Shown here: positions 24,536-37,549 of the stretch, piece by piece
Layout of the letters: every line of letters starts with the position of its first letter
How positions within the stretch are numbered: position 1 is the stretch's first letter
NCBI GenBank assembly: GCA_010093705.1
Contig: MU006089.1
Span: 3,126,061-3,190,060, forward strand
Origin: Patellaria atrata CBS 101060
Taxonomy: Eukaryota
Reading direction: 5' to 3'
DNA: 64,000 bases
The notes under the pieces: model-generated
Told to the model about the DNA's origin: nothing
What the model saw: only the letters and a program-made list of their open reading frames with translations
Database searches by the model: none
Made by a program: the position numbers and the translations under genes

Positions 24536-25810
24536 ATCGACTAAATTAAATGGCTAAGAACTGATAATTGGAAGTAAAAAGTTGAAGAGGATACGCTGAA
24601 GAGAATGGAATGTTTTAAAGGGGGCTAATGATATGTAAAAGAGCAATAGATCGGCTTAGGTCGCTGTATTGCATATGGTTAACAAAGCCAGCACAGCTCA
24701 GTTATATGAACAAAAGTGGAAGATAAGCTGACATATACACTTGATACTGTGCTGTAGTATGACGTTGGCGATGTATCCTCGACGTGCGTTGCAAATCATC
24801 TGCTCTCATGAGCCTTCAATTGCACGTTGACTATATGCAATTGTTTTTAATTTACACTGAGCTACGATTTATACCCAGGAGAGAATTGGGAGTAATGCTA
24901 TTAAGATCATGGTTGGCTTATACTGGTCCTCCCCTTCAACTCTCCCTTTGAGATCTCCATTTCAGTCAGTTCAGATCAAATTCTGCGGAATCGAAGGGGT
25001 AACTTGTAAGTGGAACCCGAAGATACTAAATGTGAGATTTTATACCGCGTGTCATTCCTAACATGAGTCAGGTCCAGGGAATGGTTGACTCTATTCGATT
25101 CCTATCATGCTACGTTTCTCCTCCCTTCATATGTAGCACTAAGAGTTGGTAGATGTTGAGCAGTCTGTAGTTACGCAATTCTTGATAAAAGGTGATGCTG
25201 CTTGACAGTATTCCCGTCGTTTTTCTAGAGAGCGGGTTGGGATTTTGAGTAGATATGGTGGGATAACGGACATCCTTACGCTCTCCCTCGACTAAATTTT
25301 AAAGGAAATAACATGTATGAGGTCGTAAAAGCGGGACACTGCCCAGAATGTTGACATAATAGTTATAAGTTTGGTGAAGCTTTTGTTGTTGTTGCTCAGG
25401 TGTTGTCGTTTTCGGATTTGCGGCTTGATTAGGTTAGACTCATCCCGTGATCGTGTGTCTCTTTGTGTCGCTTTTACCGCAGCATTGCCTGTTAATCAGA
25501 TTCCTTATCGATGATAGGACTTTGAATTTGTCCCAACAGGAGTAATTAAAGCAGAAAAGCCTGAGAACTCCCATAGTACTTTATCTGTAGGCTTCCTTTA
25601 TGGTGACTGATTGACAGGCGTGTACCTCTCAGACCAGGCTCTGACTGGCCGCTTCTTCACACGTCATTCGCGTACATTTTTCTACAGCCGCCCAAGCTCA
25701 AGCTCTTCCAACCATTTCGCAAACACCAACACGTCGCTCACGCGATCAACGACAACTTAACTCGACCAGCTTGAAGGAAGCCAACCTCTCTCATTTCTAG
25801 AGTGATCAAG

Positions 25811-28185
25811 ATGTCTAGATTCAACGTGTCGCTGTCCCCACCGCCGCCTTTACTGTTCAAGTTCCCTCCAGATCCGTCGCCGCCTACCCTTCCGCCGCCC
25901 TCAGACGAGCGCACGCTTGCAAGCCCATTTCCTATCAACCCGAAGTTCTACAACAATGCCTTGGATTGGAGAATTCCCATAATCTTTGCTACCTCCTATT
26001 TCGTGGTGGTTACTGTGATGAACTGGTGGAATCGTAAACGCGGGAACAAACCGTTCTGGATTAGCACTACAAGGCCATTCTACGCTTTCGTCATTCTACA
26101 CAATATTCTCCTTGCAGTCTACTCCAGTTTGTCATGTTACGCAATGATTTGGGCTTTGAAACGGTCCCTTCCGCACTGGACCGAACCTGATCTCGTAGTG
26201 CGCGTTACCGACGCCTTGTGCAAGATGCATGGTCCTCGAAACTTGGGTGATGCTACCTCGTACAACCCTGAAACTGAGCAATGGGAGTTCAAGAACCCAA
26301 TCATGAAGCTTACTGAATTCGGTACACCTGATCCTACGGACGTTGGCAGGATGTGGAATGAGGGACTTGCATTCTGGGGCTGGTTCTTCTACCTCTCCAA
26401 GTTCTATGAAGTGTTGGATACTGCAATTATCCTAGCAAAAGGAAAGAGGAGCTCAACTTTGCAGAAGTACCATCATGCTGGTGCTATGGTCTGTATGTGG
26501 GCTGGCATACGTTATATGTCTCCACCTATTTGGATGTTCGTGTTGGTTAATTCCGGGATACATGCACTCATGGTAAGAATGCTTCCGATACGGTTCTGGA
26601 TTCCAGAATCATTTCATGTCATCGCGTTCTAGACATACGCATTACGAACGTGTTGATGAACTGACTGGTAATATAGTATACGTACTATACGCTCTCAGCG
26701 CTTGGTGTTCGTATACCTCGTAAGCTCAAGCAGACCCTCACAACGATGCAAATCGCCCAATTCGTTGTGGGCGCAAGCTACGCAGCCGCTCATCTCTTTG
26801 TCAATTACACTATACCAGTTTCGCTACCCTACACTTTCATGAAGACGGTCTCCAATGTTTTTTCTACCGTATCCACGGCCTTTCCCTCCGCTACTAACTC
26901 TGCTACCGCCTCGGTTGTTACTGCAGGCGTCGGGAACATGCTAAAGAAATTTGTTTACCGTGCAGCTCAGATGGAGGGTCTGGCTGGAAATGTCGAACAA
27001 GATCACACCTTGCAGATTTTCGAACAGGTAGCAGAGCCTATTGAGCATATTATCAATGAGGTGAAACACCATATCACAAAGGAGGTCCGATATGAAGACA
27101 GTACCGAAACGGTTTTTTGCATTACAACGAGTGGGCAGTCTTTCGCGATATGGTTAAATGTCGTATATCTTCTTCCATTGACCGGTCTCTTTATCCGCTT
27201 TTTCATACGGTCTTATTCGAAGCGTACCGCCTCGACTACTAAGCATCCTACACAGACGAATGAGTTTGGCAAGTCAATTAATGACGCAGCTAAAGGTGTT
27301 TCGCACAAACTCGACAGTTTAGACAAGAAGTTTGAAGACAAGGTAAGCGAAGTGGGTGTCCAGTTTTCCCAAACCGTCTCTAAGACGGTGCAACAGACGT
27401 TCGAGGGCATGAAAGGAACTGGCGCAGTCGTACCGGAAAAGATGAAGGAGATCGAAAAGGAAGTGAAGGAGGCTGGAGAGAACTTCACGAAAAAGCTGAA
27501 GTCAGAATTGAGAGATTTAAACGGTGAGAACGGCCATGAGGCAAAGGAAAGCGCCAAGAAAAAGTATGAAGAGACGAAGAAAATGTTAAAGGACGGATTC
27601 AACGACGGAGTCTCAAGCTTCCAGGAAAAATTGGAACGAGCTTTGAGCCCTGAAAGAAATGGACAGCGCAAAACGATCATGGAGGAGACAAAAGATAAGG
27701 CGGAGAATGCGAGTGAGAAGATCAAAGGAGAGATCAAGTCCTCCGCTGAGACAGTAAAGAGCGGAAGCAAGACCCTGACAGAGGAGTCTCGCGAGACAGA
27801 AAGGTCTGAAACGACTCAAGACATTGAAAACGACCCCAGGGCTTTCGCAGATGTAGTAAATAACCGAAGCAATGAGGAAGCAGAGGAGTCGAAGAAGGAA
27901 GAAGAAGAGTGGAAGCAGGAATACGAAGGAGCATCCTCCCCCGATGTTGAGCGATCTTGGGCCGAAGTTGTGAAAGAAAGCTCGAGCGAAGACACGGAAT
28001 CTAAGGAGGAGACAACGGAATCTATGGAGCAGGCGACTATGGAGTCTAGGGGGGAAACAGCTTCTGATATCAACAATGATTCACGGTCGTGGGCGGAGGT
28101 AGTAACGGAGGGAGTCGATGGTGATGCATCTGAACCGAAGAAGATGGACATGACCACCGAACAGGCAGATAAAGACGACTCGTGA
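25811..28185 (+). CDS. GNS1/SUR4 (ELO) family fatty-acid elongase-like membrane protein with a long charged C-terminal extension
   Basis: FYLSKFYEVLDT, LQKYHH, NSGIHALM/YTYY (intron 26573-26676), TTMQIAQF and LFIRFFIRSY, followed by about 315 aa of E/K/S/T-rich tail. Confidence 0.88.
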
Positions 28186-29294
28186 CGACATATAGGAGTT
28201 ATATGATGGTTAGCGAACAGCTGTGTATCATTTCAAGCACTGTAGAATTACCGTGAGTTAGTAATGGAGTTATTTATCTCTTCCACCGTCGTGCCATTCC
28301 TCGCCTACCGTAAGCTCGCTTTTTGAAAAGGTCTAGACTCCTGTATGGGAAGCTAGAAATGTACGAATGACGCTCTAATCCTACACGGAGTTGATCTTAC
28401 AGGCAAGGAAGGTTAGTCAATACAGCTGAATCCCCGGTCTTCTAGCAATCCTTTGGTAAGCGTAGCATAAAGGGGATACGCGGAGTTCCTCTCTTCTATC
28501 AAACCCTGATCACGAAAGGGAGTTGAAAACGGCCATAGTGAACACTAATCATTTTTTCCACAATGGGAATTCCCTTTTCAACAGCTTTGTGAAGTGGTGC
28601 TTGTCCGTTCATGCGCCTTTCGTAACCGTTCATGATGGTTACACCATGTTCATGTTTCCTTTTAAACCTTAGAACCTACAGTATTAGAGGAAGGTGGCAG
28701 AACTCAGAACCTTAGCAAGTACTTAATAGAGCTTTCCAGCCAGCAAGGCTGCATGTTTATCATGCATAGCATATCTCCGGGACGTTGATCGATCAACGGG
28801 CCGAACCGAAAAGGGTCAATTCTCCACATTGACGATCAACGCGATCACCGATTAGGAAGCTCGCCTCTCCTTTCCCCTCCATCCCCTCCATCCCCTTATC
28901 AACGTTCGCCCACATCAACATCGATACTTATGTCGCAAAGTAGATGAATCTACCCTAGCACCAAAGGCCACACCCTCCTCTCACCTTCCGTCCTGGCAGG
29001 AGTCAAGACTTCTCGACGAGGAGGCTGGGCTAGGCATCTCTTGTCTTCTTCCTTATTCAGTGTAGATTTTAATATACACTCGCCCATTCAACGCAAACTC
29101 ACCATATCTCTATACAGCGAGTGGACCTAGCAGCGCAGAAATGAGTTGTGCACCGGTGATAGAAGTGATAGGGAAGACCAAGTTCCACAGGGGTAATACA
29201 TGACGATGAAGACATAAAGAGCGCATGTTTTCTTGCGTTTCGAACTCATCATCGACGCAGAAGATCTCACAGTTTAGTCAACTCTTAGTTCAAG

Positions 29295-30689
29295 ATGAAA
29301 CCTTCTATTTCTCTTCTAGCGCTTATGGCCTCTTCGGCCGTTGCGCTTACAATTCCTACGACCGACGTAGAGGTTGAGGTAGATACACTAGCAGAACGAA
29401 AGGTGCTCTACGTCATTGAACTCGCACCTGGAGAGACGAAACAGGTTACTGAGGAAGAGAAATGGGAGCTCAAGAAAGTAAGTAATCTATATTTCAAAAC
29501 GGAAACAAAAAAGACGAGCCTGGATACCGCGTGTAGAATTGTCTAAAACGTGACAACAGCGAAGAAGCTGTCTATAAGATGCCTCAATGCTCAGCTACAA
29601 ATTGAAATATCAGATGGAGATATAAAGTATAACATGAGACTTACATCATGTATAGGAGGGCAAGCACTTCATTGACATCACCGACTACCAAGCCGTTGAA
29701 AATGCCCACCTCAATAGCCGTCAGATGTCAGCAGCTGCATTTCCCACTACGATCACCCAACAGACTAGAGTCAATCCATTGCTGAGTCAACTCAATAAGG
29801 CCAACCTACAGTCCAACCTTCAGACCTTCACCAACTACCAGAACCGGTACTACCGTAGTTCCTACGGACAGCAGTCCTCCCAATGGCTACTCCAGCGTGT
29901 GCAAGCTGTCATCAGCGCTTCCGGCTCAACTGTTGCGACTGCTCGCGCGTTTACTCACTCATGGGGCCAGAGCAGTGTTATTGCTACTATTCCCGGAACG
30001 AGCACCAAGACAATTATAATCGGCTCTCACCAGGACAGTATCAATCTCAACTCCCCATCTACCGGCCGAGCCCCTGGCGCAGATGACGACGGTAGCGGTA
30101 CCGTCACCATTCTTGAGGCTCTTCGAGTCCTCCTCACCGATTCCCGGGTAAAGGCTGGCCAAGCACCGAATACCATCGAATTCCACTGGTATGCGGCCGA
30201 GGAGGGTGGATTGCTTGGCAGCCAGGCCATCTTCAACAATTACAAGAGCGCCGGCCGCAATGTTAAGGCTATGCTCAACCAAGACATGACCGGCTATATC
30301 CGAGGCACACTCGATGCGGGAGCGAGAGAGAGCGTCGGTATCGTGACAGATTATGTGGATGCTTCTCTTACCGAATTCATCCGCAAGGTTATTACTGCGG
30401 TAAGATACTTAATGTTGCTTCTGGCTTTTACAAGTGCTGATAGCATTGGTAGTATTGTACAATCCCATACGTCAACACCCAATGTGGTTATGCCTGCAGC
30501 GATCACGCTTCAGCTAGCAGGGCTGGATACCCATCTGCTTTCGTTATCGAGGCTAAGATGGAGTATACTAGTGATTTGATCCACACGACTGGTGATACGC
30601 TGTCGACGGTTAGTTATGATCATATGATTCAGCATGCTAGAATGACCACTGGTTTTGTGTATGAGCTCGCTTTTGCGACCAGCTTGTAG
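29295..30689 (+). CDS. lap1: Secreted leucine aminopeptidase, peptidase family M28
   Basis: Signal peptide. Introns 29478-29655 and 30400-30452. Motifs [40 protein letters not shown] and IHTTGD. Orthology (lap1 versus a paralog) is not verified. Confidence 0.93.
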
Positions 30690-31305
30690 TTGAGAGAAGA
30701 GTAAGTAGACATCAGCAAGAATATGCATTGGGGTGGTAGTAAGGCGTCAAGGTGCTACTAGAATAGATGGTTTTATCAAACTGTTCCCTCATACCGTTCC
30801 GCAGTCCTCTTCCCCCTGAACCAGCCAACTGCCTGAGCGATCAACCGCGCGCCTCTTCCAAGCTCTCAGAGTCCACGAAGACAAATCGCAGTTTTCATCA
30901 GAGCAGACCAACAGGCGTCAATGTGCTCTTTGTTATAGGACCAAATACGACGATCAAATGTGTAGCCAATCAGTATGCGCAAAAGACGCCATCATACAAA
31001 ATAGCCGCCGGCTCCAGCGTTGAACGAAAAATGCGCATGCAGATGGCTACTTTGGTGCTAGCTTCCATCATGCATAATTGGAATGGAAGTTTAATAACGA
31101 TGGCGAGTTTTGGATTCATCTCTTATGAAGAATTAAACGTACCTTTCGCAGTACTGTACGGAATAGAGGAAGTAAAAATGGATGTGAGGATCTAATTGTA
31201 TGCGCTCATGCGGATTAGTTATTAAGCTTTGTCTGGTGTGTCTGGCACGAGCCATATCCGAGATCGTGGCATAAAATGCTCTTGAAATGTTCTTTAGAAC
31301 GGTGT

Positions 31306-31431
31306 GAATTTTTTTGGTTATTTGCCTGACAATAAGTAAAACAAGACATTGATATGGTTATCTGAAGTCTCCATGAAAAATCTCGAAGATTCATGTGCTA
31401 TATAAAATTTTTGGATAAGGCGGTAGAAAGT
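31306..31431. repeat. Dispersed non-coding repeat, copy 2
   Basis: Same orientation as 20121-20244. Shared blocks: gaatttttt(t)ggt, ggttatct, the 25-nt core, and ggYggta(g)aaagt. Confidence 0.7.
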
Positions 31432-32427
31432 TCACTTTTCTTGAAAGAGCGGGCGATTGGACGGTTGTGAATGAGGTCTGAAAGAGGAAATCAGTCTGCT
31501 TAGTCACCATATTATCCGAAAATACGCCGGTAGACCTCATTACGTTCAGAAATCTCTTTCTTTCTTCTCGTACTCATTCTTCGACGGGTTCCTGTCAATG
31601 TTAACGCGTTGATATACTTTGAATAATCATACGACCTACACTACCCTCAATGAGATGTGATGTTGTATCTCTATTCGGTCTTTGTAGTGCGCTATTTCCC
31701 TTAGTAGGTATATTGCCGGACGTTCACCTCGAGGCATACGGTTGATGGAAGATGGTAGCGAGTAACATGTAGATGTGATAGAGGTATGAGGACATTCTTC
31801 CTTCTTCCATTCTTTCATTAGTCTCATATGATGATACCATTGCAATTTCACAGACCTGTTCTGAACAATTATGTGGATAAATGCTTGGAGACCTTCTGAA
31901 TCGACTTCAATATTGTCAAAGTTATTCGACTTCTATAATATGTACCAGTTGACTGACATTTGCGTTACTGTAAGCAGTATGGATTCGCTTCGATTCTTTC
32001 TCTTGTTCGGTTCGAGATCAATTCCTCCAGGAGCGCCGAGTCAACGCAGGAGGAACAATGTAAACTTTGTGCTATACCGTTTAGTTCAGCTTTCTTGGTC
32101 TGAAATAGATACCTTTGTTCTATTATTGCATAGTACACACAAGTAGAAAAAAGAGCTCTTTGTTCAGATGTCATTACAATGCTATTCTAGGACTCGATTT
32201 TTGATCAAGAAAATAAAACTACATTCATTCTTTCTGAACAAAGATGGGAAGATGTGATGATATAAACCTAAGTCTCCTCAACTTTGAACAGATACAACTC
32301 ATCACAATCGACATCCACTGAAAGCCTTGCCCTACCATAGTGTTATTGCTGCGCAATCAACGTTAGCTTTGGCAACCATATCAATATATCGTATACTATC
32401 TCACCAATCAAAAGACCAATCAAAATC

Positions 32428-34980
32428 ATGACCAACGGAAAGAACAACCGATATGCTGAGCGAGCCTCGCTCTCGAACAATGGTCTTGGTCTCGGAAACG
32501 ACTTTGAAAGTTCTGATTACCCGAGAATGTCCTTTAGTGGCTTCAACGGGGATTTCAGCACAATGGGAGATGATGTTCCTGCTGATCTATACATTAGACA
32601 ACAAAGTATCCCAAACAACATGGCGAATCCCTATTTCGGAGCGGACCAGTATCAAGGGAATTACAACGTGAGTAATACGATTGACATGAGCCTCTTCGAT
32701 ATTGACACAATGCAGGCATTAAATGAGGCACTGGAAGGGACCGCTTATCAAGACATGGATGGAATAGGTGCTAACGGAGTAACCCAGTACCCGGAGCCTA
32801 GCTTAGGGACTTACACCTATGCTCCCGATCCATCGATGTACGGAGTTTATAATCCCCTTGCTAATGTCGACGCAATGCTCACTCAAGATGCTCTCCAACC
32901 TGAGATTGGAATTAGGGAAGACGTTGTCATTACAAAGAGAAAGACAAGTGGCTCGACCGATACATCGAAGAAGTCGAACACAAGCTCCAACGTATCCAGC
33001 TTAACCAGAGCTCGTAAGCGAACAAATACTAAAGTTACCGCCAAGTTTAGGGCTGAGAAGCCTCGAAAGGATTCTACGCATTACTGGGTCAGGACCAACA
33101 CAACCACAGCCGGCAAGACTTCCAGGACAGGTAAGATCAACCAGTTCGACCCGTCAACCGTCTATAAGCAGCTTCCAAACGTGATGCCTGACTGGCATTC
33201 TTCGAGTTACAAGTTTAAGTACAACAAGTTCGGTGAACTTGAGCAGAAAATATTCTCTGTTGAGAAGCTAAGGCAGTTTCTTTTTGAACATCCTAAGACG
33301 AAAGATTGCGAACTCAAATTGTGGATTCAGAAATCACCTGCCGACTCAGCAAGGCGCTATCCCTTTCCTCACAGCAATAAGTGCCGATTCGCTGATTGCC
33401 CTATGCAAGTATATCAAACCGGTACTATCCTTCACGGACATTACCGTATTGCATTTGACGAGAAGTGGTTCAAATACAGGGACAACTCTGATCCTTTCCG
33501 GATGGCGGGTTATGTGCATCTTTATTGCCTTGAGCGCTTCATGGATTTCCCGAAGATCTGCAGGAAACTCGACATCGAAGTTGATGAGCGCTTCTTGGTT
33601 AGTGAGCCCAATGCTCGCTTTGCCGCTACTTTGAACGGTTCTTCGGAGGCAGGTATCGCCAGAACTTTCATCGATCTATGCAAGAGGCGCAAGTTGGATA
33701 AGGAGTTCCCCGATTATCCTAGGCACAATGAGTTCCACCGGGGAGAGCAAAAACCCCATGAATACACTTTAACTCGTGCGATGAATTATGAGCGCATTTC
33801 CAAACGTCCGACTGCTCAAGTCAAGGAATTCGAGCGACGTGGTTTACAAGGCTCTCACGTTCTGATTCACATGGGCGACTTGGAGATGTTCTGCTTGGCG
33901 AAGCTAGCTAGGAAGGAAGTCAAGCTCAAATCGAAGAAGCGCGCGAAGAAAGACGTAGAAGAATCCGATTCAGAAGAGTCGGAAGCTGATGACGGGATTC
34001 CGCAACCTAAGAAGCGCAGGTACAACACAAAGAAGAGGAGATCAGTGGTTCCTGATACTCCTGATACTCCTTCGACTCCAGGGTCACCCCTTTCTGTCGA
34101 TACTCCCACTACTGGTGTGCGTCGTAGCGGTCGTGTAAGAAAGAGTGTCAACTACAACGACGATAGGAGTGAGATCGAAGAGGGCGAGAACCGTGCACCA
34201 ACTCCTCCGCACCCTGATGCTCCCGCATATGCCAAGGCACAAGCTGGTGTTCCCCTGAGCGAAGCACCCACCCCAAGGTCATCTGTATCTGCTGGGTCAA
34301 ATCCTTTCGGTCGACCAAGCAGGATCCGCAAGTCATCCCACAACGCTACGCAAATGTCTCCCAGATCCGTTCCGCCGATGCGGATGACGGCTCCTATGAT
34401 GGCAAATACCATGATGACGCCGATGACCGACGTAGTACCCGTTGCACCCATGCTGAATCAAAATTTCATGATGGCGAATTACGATCCTTCACTCATGGAC
34501 CCAACGTTCAATCCTCCTGTTCAAGAGACTGCGGACTTCGACGATGTCGCTGCTTTGATTCAATCTTACAACCAAGGTCAACATATTGCGACTCAAGCGG
34601 AATGGAATCTGCCCGCCGACACGTTCACTCCTCCTCAAGGTTACGCAACTTGCCGTCGCCGCAGCGTTCGTATCGCGACCTGCACAAGCAACAGCAGTCA
34701 AGGTACCGCCCGTAAGAGTTCGCGCGGCTCGCGCGGCTCCTATAAGGACCAGGGGACTCAGACACTGTTAAGCTTCGGCCCCAACGAGGTTTTCGACCCG
34801 AATGAGTTTGGTAGCTTCTTCGATCTAGGAGACACTACTTTCGATGAGGATTTTATCGGAGACGGCTCCATGCCCGCCCTGCCGGAAGGGTTGATGTTGC
34901 CGGACGCACCTGTAAGGAGGAGTGAGAGAATCGCGAGTATATCAACTCATAGGTCGCGTAGCTCTAAAGGCTCTAAGTAA
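32428..34980 (+). CDS. Uncharacterised 850-aa, probably nuclear protein with a central globular C/H-containing domain
   Basis: Uninterrupted 850-codon ORF with low-complexity ends and basic NLS-like tracts (KSKKRAKK, PKKRR, KKRR). The aromatic-rich core contains CRFADC...HLYC. Confidence 0.85.
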   Translation: MTNGKNNRYAERASLSNNGLGLGNDFESSDYPRMSFSGFNGDFSTMGDDVPADLYIRQQSIPNNMANPYFGADQYQGNYNVSNTIDMSLFDIDTMQALNEALEGTAYQDMDGIGANGVTQYPEPSLGTYTYAPDPSMYGVYNPLANVDAMLTQDALQPEIGIREDVVITKRKTSGSTDTSKKSNTSSNVSSLTRARKRTNTKVTAKFRAEKPRKDSTHYWVRTNTTTAGKTSRTGKINQFDPSTVYKQLPNVMPDWHSSSYKFKYNKFGELEQKIFSVEKLRQFLFEHPKTKDCELKLWIQKSPADSARRYPFPHSNKCRFADCPMQVYQTGTILHGHYRIAFDEKWFKYRDNSDPFRMAGYVHLYCLERFMDFPKICRKLDIEVDERFLVSEPNARFAATLNGSSEAGIARTFIDLCKRRKLDKEFPDYPRHNEFHRGEQKPHEYTLTRAMNYERISKRPTAQVKEFERRGLQGSHVLIHMGDLEMFCLAKLARKEVKLKSKKRAKKDVEESDSEESEADDGIPQPKKRRYNTKKRRSVVPDTPDTPSTPGSPLSVDTPTTGVRRSGRVRKSVNYNDDRSEIEEGENRAPTPPHPDAPAYAKAQAGVPLSEAPTPRSSVSAGSNPFGRPSRIRKSSHNATQMSPRSVPPMRMTAPMMANTMMTPMTDVVPVAPMLNQNFMMANYDPSLMDPTFNPPVQETADFDDVAALIQSYNQGQHIATQAEWNLPADTFTPPQGYATCRRRSVRIATCTSNSSQGTARKSSRGSRGSYKDQGTQTLLSFGPNEVFDPNEFGSFFDLGDTTFDEDFIGDGSMPALPEGLMLPDAPVRRSERIASISTHRSRSSKGSK

Positions 34981-37549
34981 GTGATTTCGATCTCTTTGGA
35001 TGCTTATTGTGCAACTTTGATAGGTAAGTAAGGTAAGGTAATCGATTGTTTTGTCATTACTTATTGTTTATTGTTTTGTATTATCACATGTCGGCAATTC
35101 GTTATGAGTCTTTTTTTCTGTTTGCATTATATCATGTAAGCGTTTTTGCATTCGCATCTATCACATGTAAGGCTTTCAGCATTCGCATCTAGGTTCTGTC
35201 TGCATTTCTGCATCTTTTCAATTTCATGAATCTGCTGTGCAGATTATCAAACATTCTCTTTATTCCGTCGTTATTTTACAAGTCCTCATTCTTAGTCATA
35301 TTCTCTCCGTGGATCTTAGCTCATCGCGGAATGCCCTTGATCAATATCCTTTCTTTAGCCAATACTCTTTTGCTCGCTTTCGCGCCACTTCTCCCATTGT
35401 CAAATTCTTCCAACTGTTTCTCACCTGTGACGTTCCTTCCTTTGGTCTTTTGTATTATCGCCTCGTTTTATCATTCTTGTTTTGCGCCATATCGAAAGTC
35501 CAACCTCTGATCAAGGAACGAGAACGGCATAGTCCCATAGTGTAGTGCCGAACATCTACTGCCTAATACTTGAGAAGGTCGGTGACAGGAGGCACATAGT
35601 AACGAAGGGCGACTGGTGCCACTTTTCTCTATCATTTCCCCTTCCATGGCTTTCTCTTTACTTATGACATAATTCTGAAACGGTCGTCGATTCTACTATA
35701 CAGGGGGGTGGGTATGTATGAAAGAGGCCCGGTCGTCTATAGGACTTAACTATACAAGTCTGACAGTAATTGTTCGGCAAGCTTCGATTTATACTAAATG
35801 ATAGGCTTAATCAAAGGCCAAAAGAGAATATTCTGTTATTATTTTACCCGCTTCAATCAAGTATTCCTTAAACTTCCCCTTCAAGCATCACAACCATTAA
35901 TAAGTATCTGGTGACGAAAAATCCATGCTTTTCTATGATGACCGGTTTCAATAGTACCAACGACACTAGATTAACAGTATAGAGAATTGAATTGACTTGT
36001 ATGATAAGTACATACGGCTGTAATTCGATGGATTAGGGTAGCTCGTTATACCATATATTCGCACTTGATAAGTACTTAAATTAAAGCAGTGCGTTGTAAA
36101 AGGAGTAAAGGAAATGAATTCCGTTACGACAAAACCGACTCCAAAATTGGAAAATCATAATCTGTTCACTCCATATCTCGAATCTGCTTTCCGCCGCCAT
36201 CTTTTTCAGGTCAAGAATGTTCCAATGACCATGTTCGATATTTAGGGGACTAATGCCGTAGAATCTTCCTACAGCCCTTCTCCGCGAGCACAAGCTCGTC
36301 CTACGTCAAATGTTCCAACGTCAGATTTGCGATTGAGTAGCTAAGAATGTGACGTTGAATATCGCACCGGCGTCGACAGCGCGCTGTGTTACGGTCCATC
36401 ATAAAGCACGTCAACAAATCGACCGCAGCGAATTCGTCCCCGGTAGCCCAAGTCGCACACATCGCCCTCCGTGAAAGACAGTTGATTCCCAAAGCCGCGC
36501 CAACGCCTCAGCCACGGCGACTTTGATCGCAGGCACGGCAATATCGATGCCTATGCCAGCGGTGCCAGGGTTTCGCCCGAGGATCTGCGACGGAGTAGAA
36601 TTTGAAACTGAGTCCATCCATTGCCGCCCAGAAGAACGGGTCGAAATGCTGATAGTTGATATCGTGGCATGCGAACCTTAACGGATGCCAAGAGGAGAGG
36701 GATTACTGTAAGGTAGCATCGCATGACAACACTGCACTGTTAAAGTTACTTCAATAATGGAATTCTCAATAGCGATCCATTACTAGAACTGGGGAAAGAC
36801 TAAAGTCATGTTTTACGACTCCTGGAACCCATTCTGGCATTTTGTTCAGAGTATCTCAGTGCGTTGTTGGGCCTCTTTCGGTAATGAAACATTTAGAGGA
36901 TAGGAGTTTCGTGAGTTGCGGTTCCCCCCTGCTGCAAGATTAGAATTAAGATAATTGCTGAATTGGTCTACGCATGAGAGCAAGTTATGATCCCTTGGGT
37001 TGTTGAGAGATACCCATAATACGTTCCGTGGTAACGCCATACTAAACTCCACCTGATTCACCAGGCCCGAAAAAGTCCATCTACGCTAATGTTCTTTATT
37101 TCCTTCAGCCAAACTCGAGACGGGATAGAGATACGACCTCATTGTTGCCTACCGCGTTAAGCCGCATCGACGTTTTCAATCCTCGATGGTGGTCTAGCAA
37201 TCTTTACTGTGCCCTGGAGATCTCACGTCAGAGCTTGTACCCGCGTTCTGCTTTGCAACCGACAAAGGGGTGATCCACAGGTCACAGACTGTTGGGATGA
37301 TGCTCTTGCCCCATAGTCAAAGTGTGTCAGAATGCAAAGGGAATGATGACTACAGCGGAAGAGCATTATGAGGTCTTAGTCCGCTCGTGATCGCTGTGGT
37401 CAAAAGTGTACAATATTAGAACTGGTTGGTTTTACACTAATAGCATTTGCATTCTCAATGCAAGATGGCAATATTCGCGGCTCCAATCGAGGCATTGGCT
37501 AGCTTTAAAGATTCTAAAAAGCAACATCACTCTAAGCTCTCTATTGACT

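Noticed and set aside
35131..35190. Imperfect ~30-bp tandem duplication in the 3' flank of the 850-aa gene
   Set aside because: Two copies only with no spacer; ordinary slippage, not CRISPR-like.
36411..36617. Short ORF with AGIGIDIAVPAI resembling a decayed TM-sensor gene
   Set aside because: Too short and degenerate to support.
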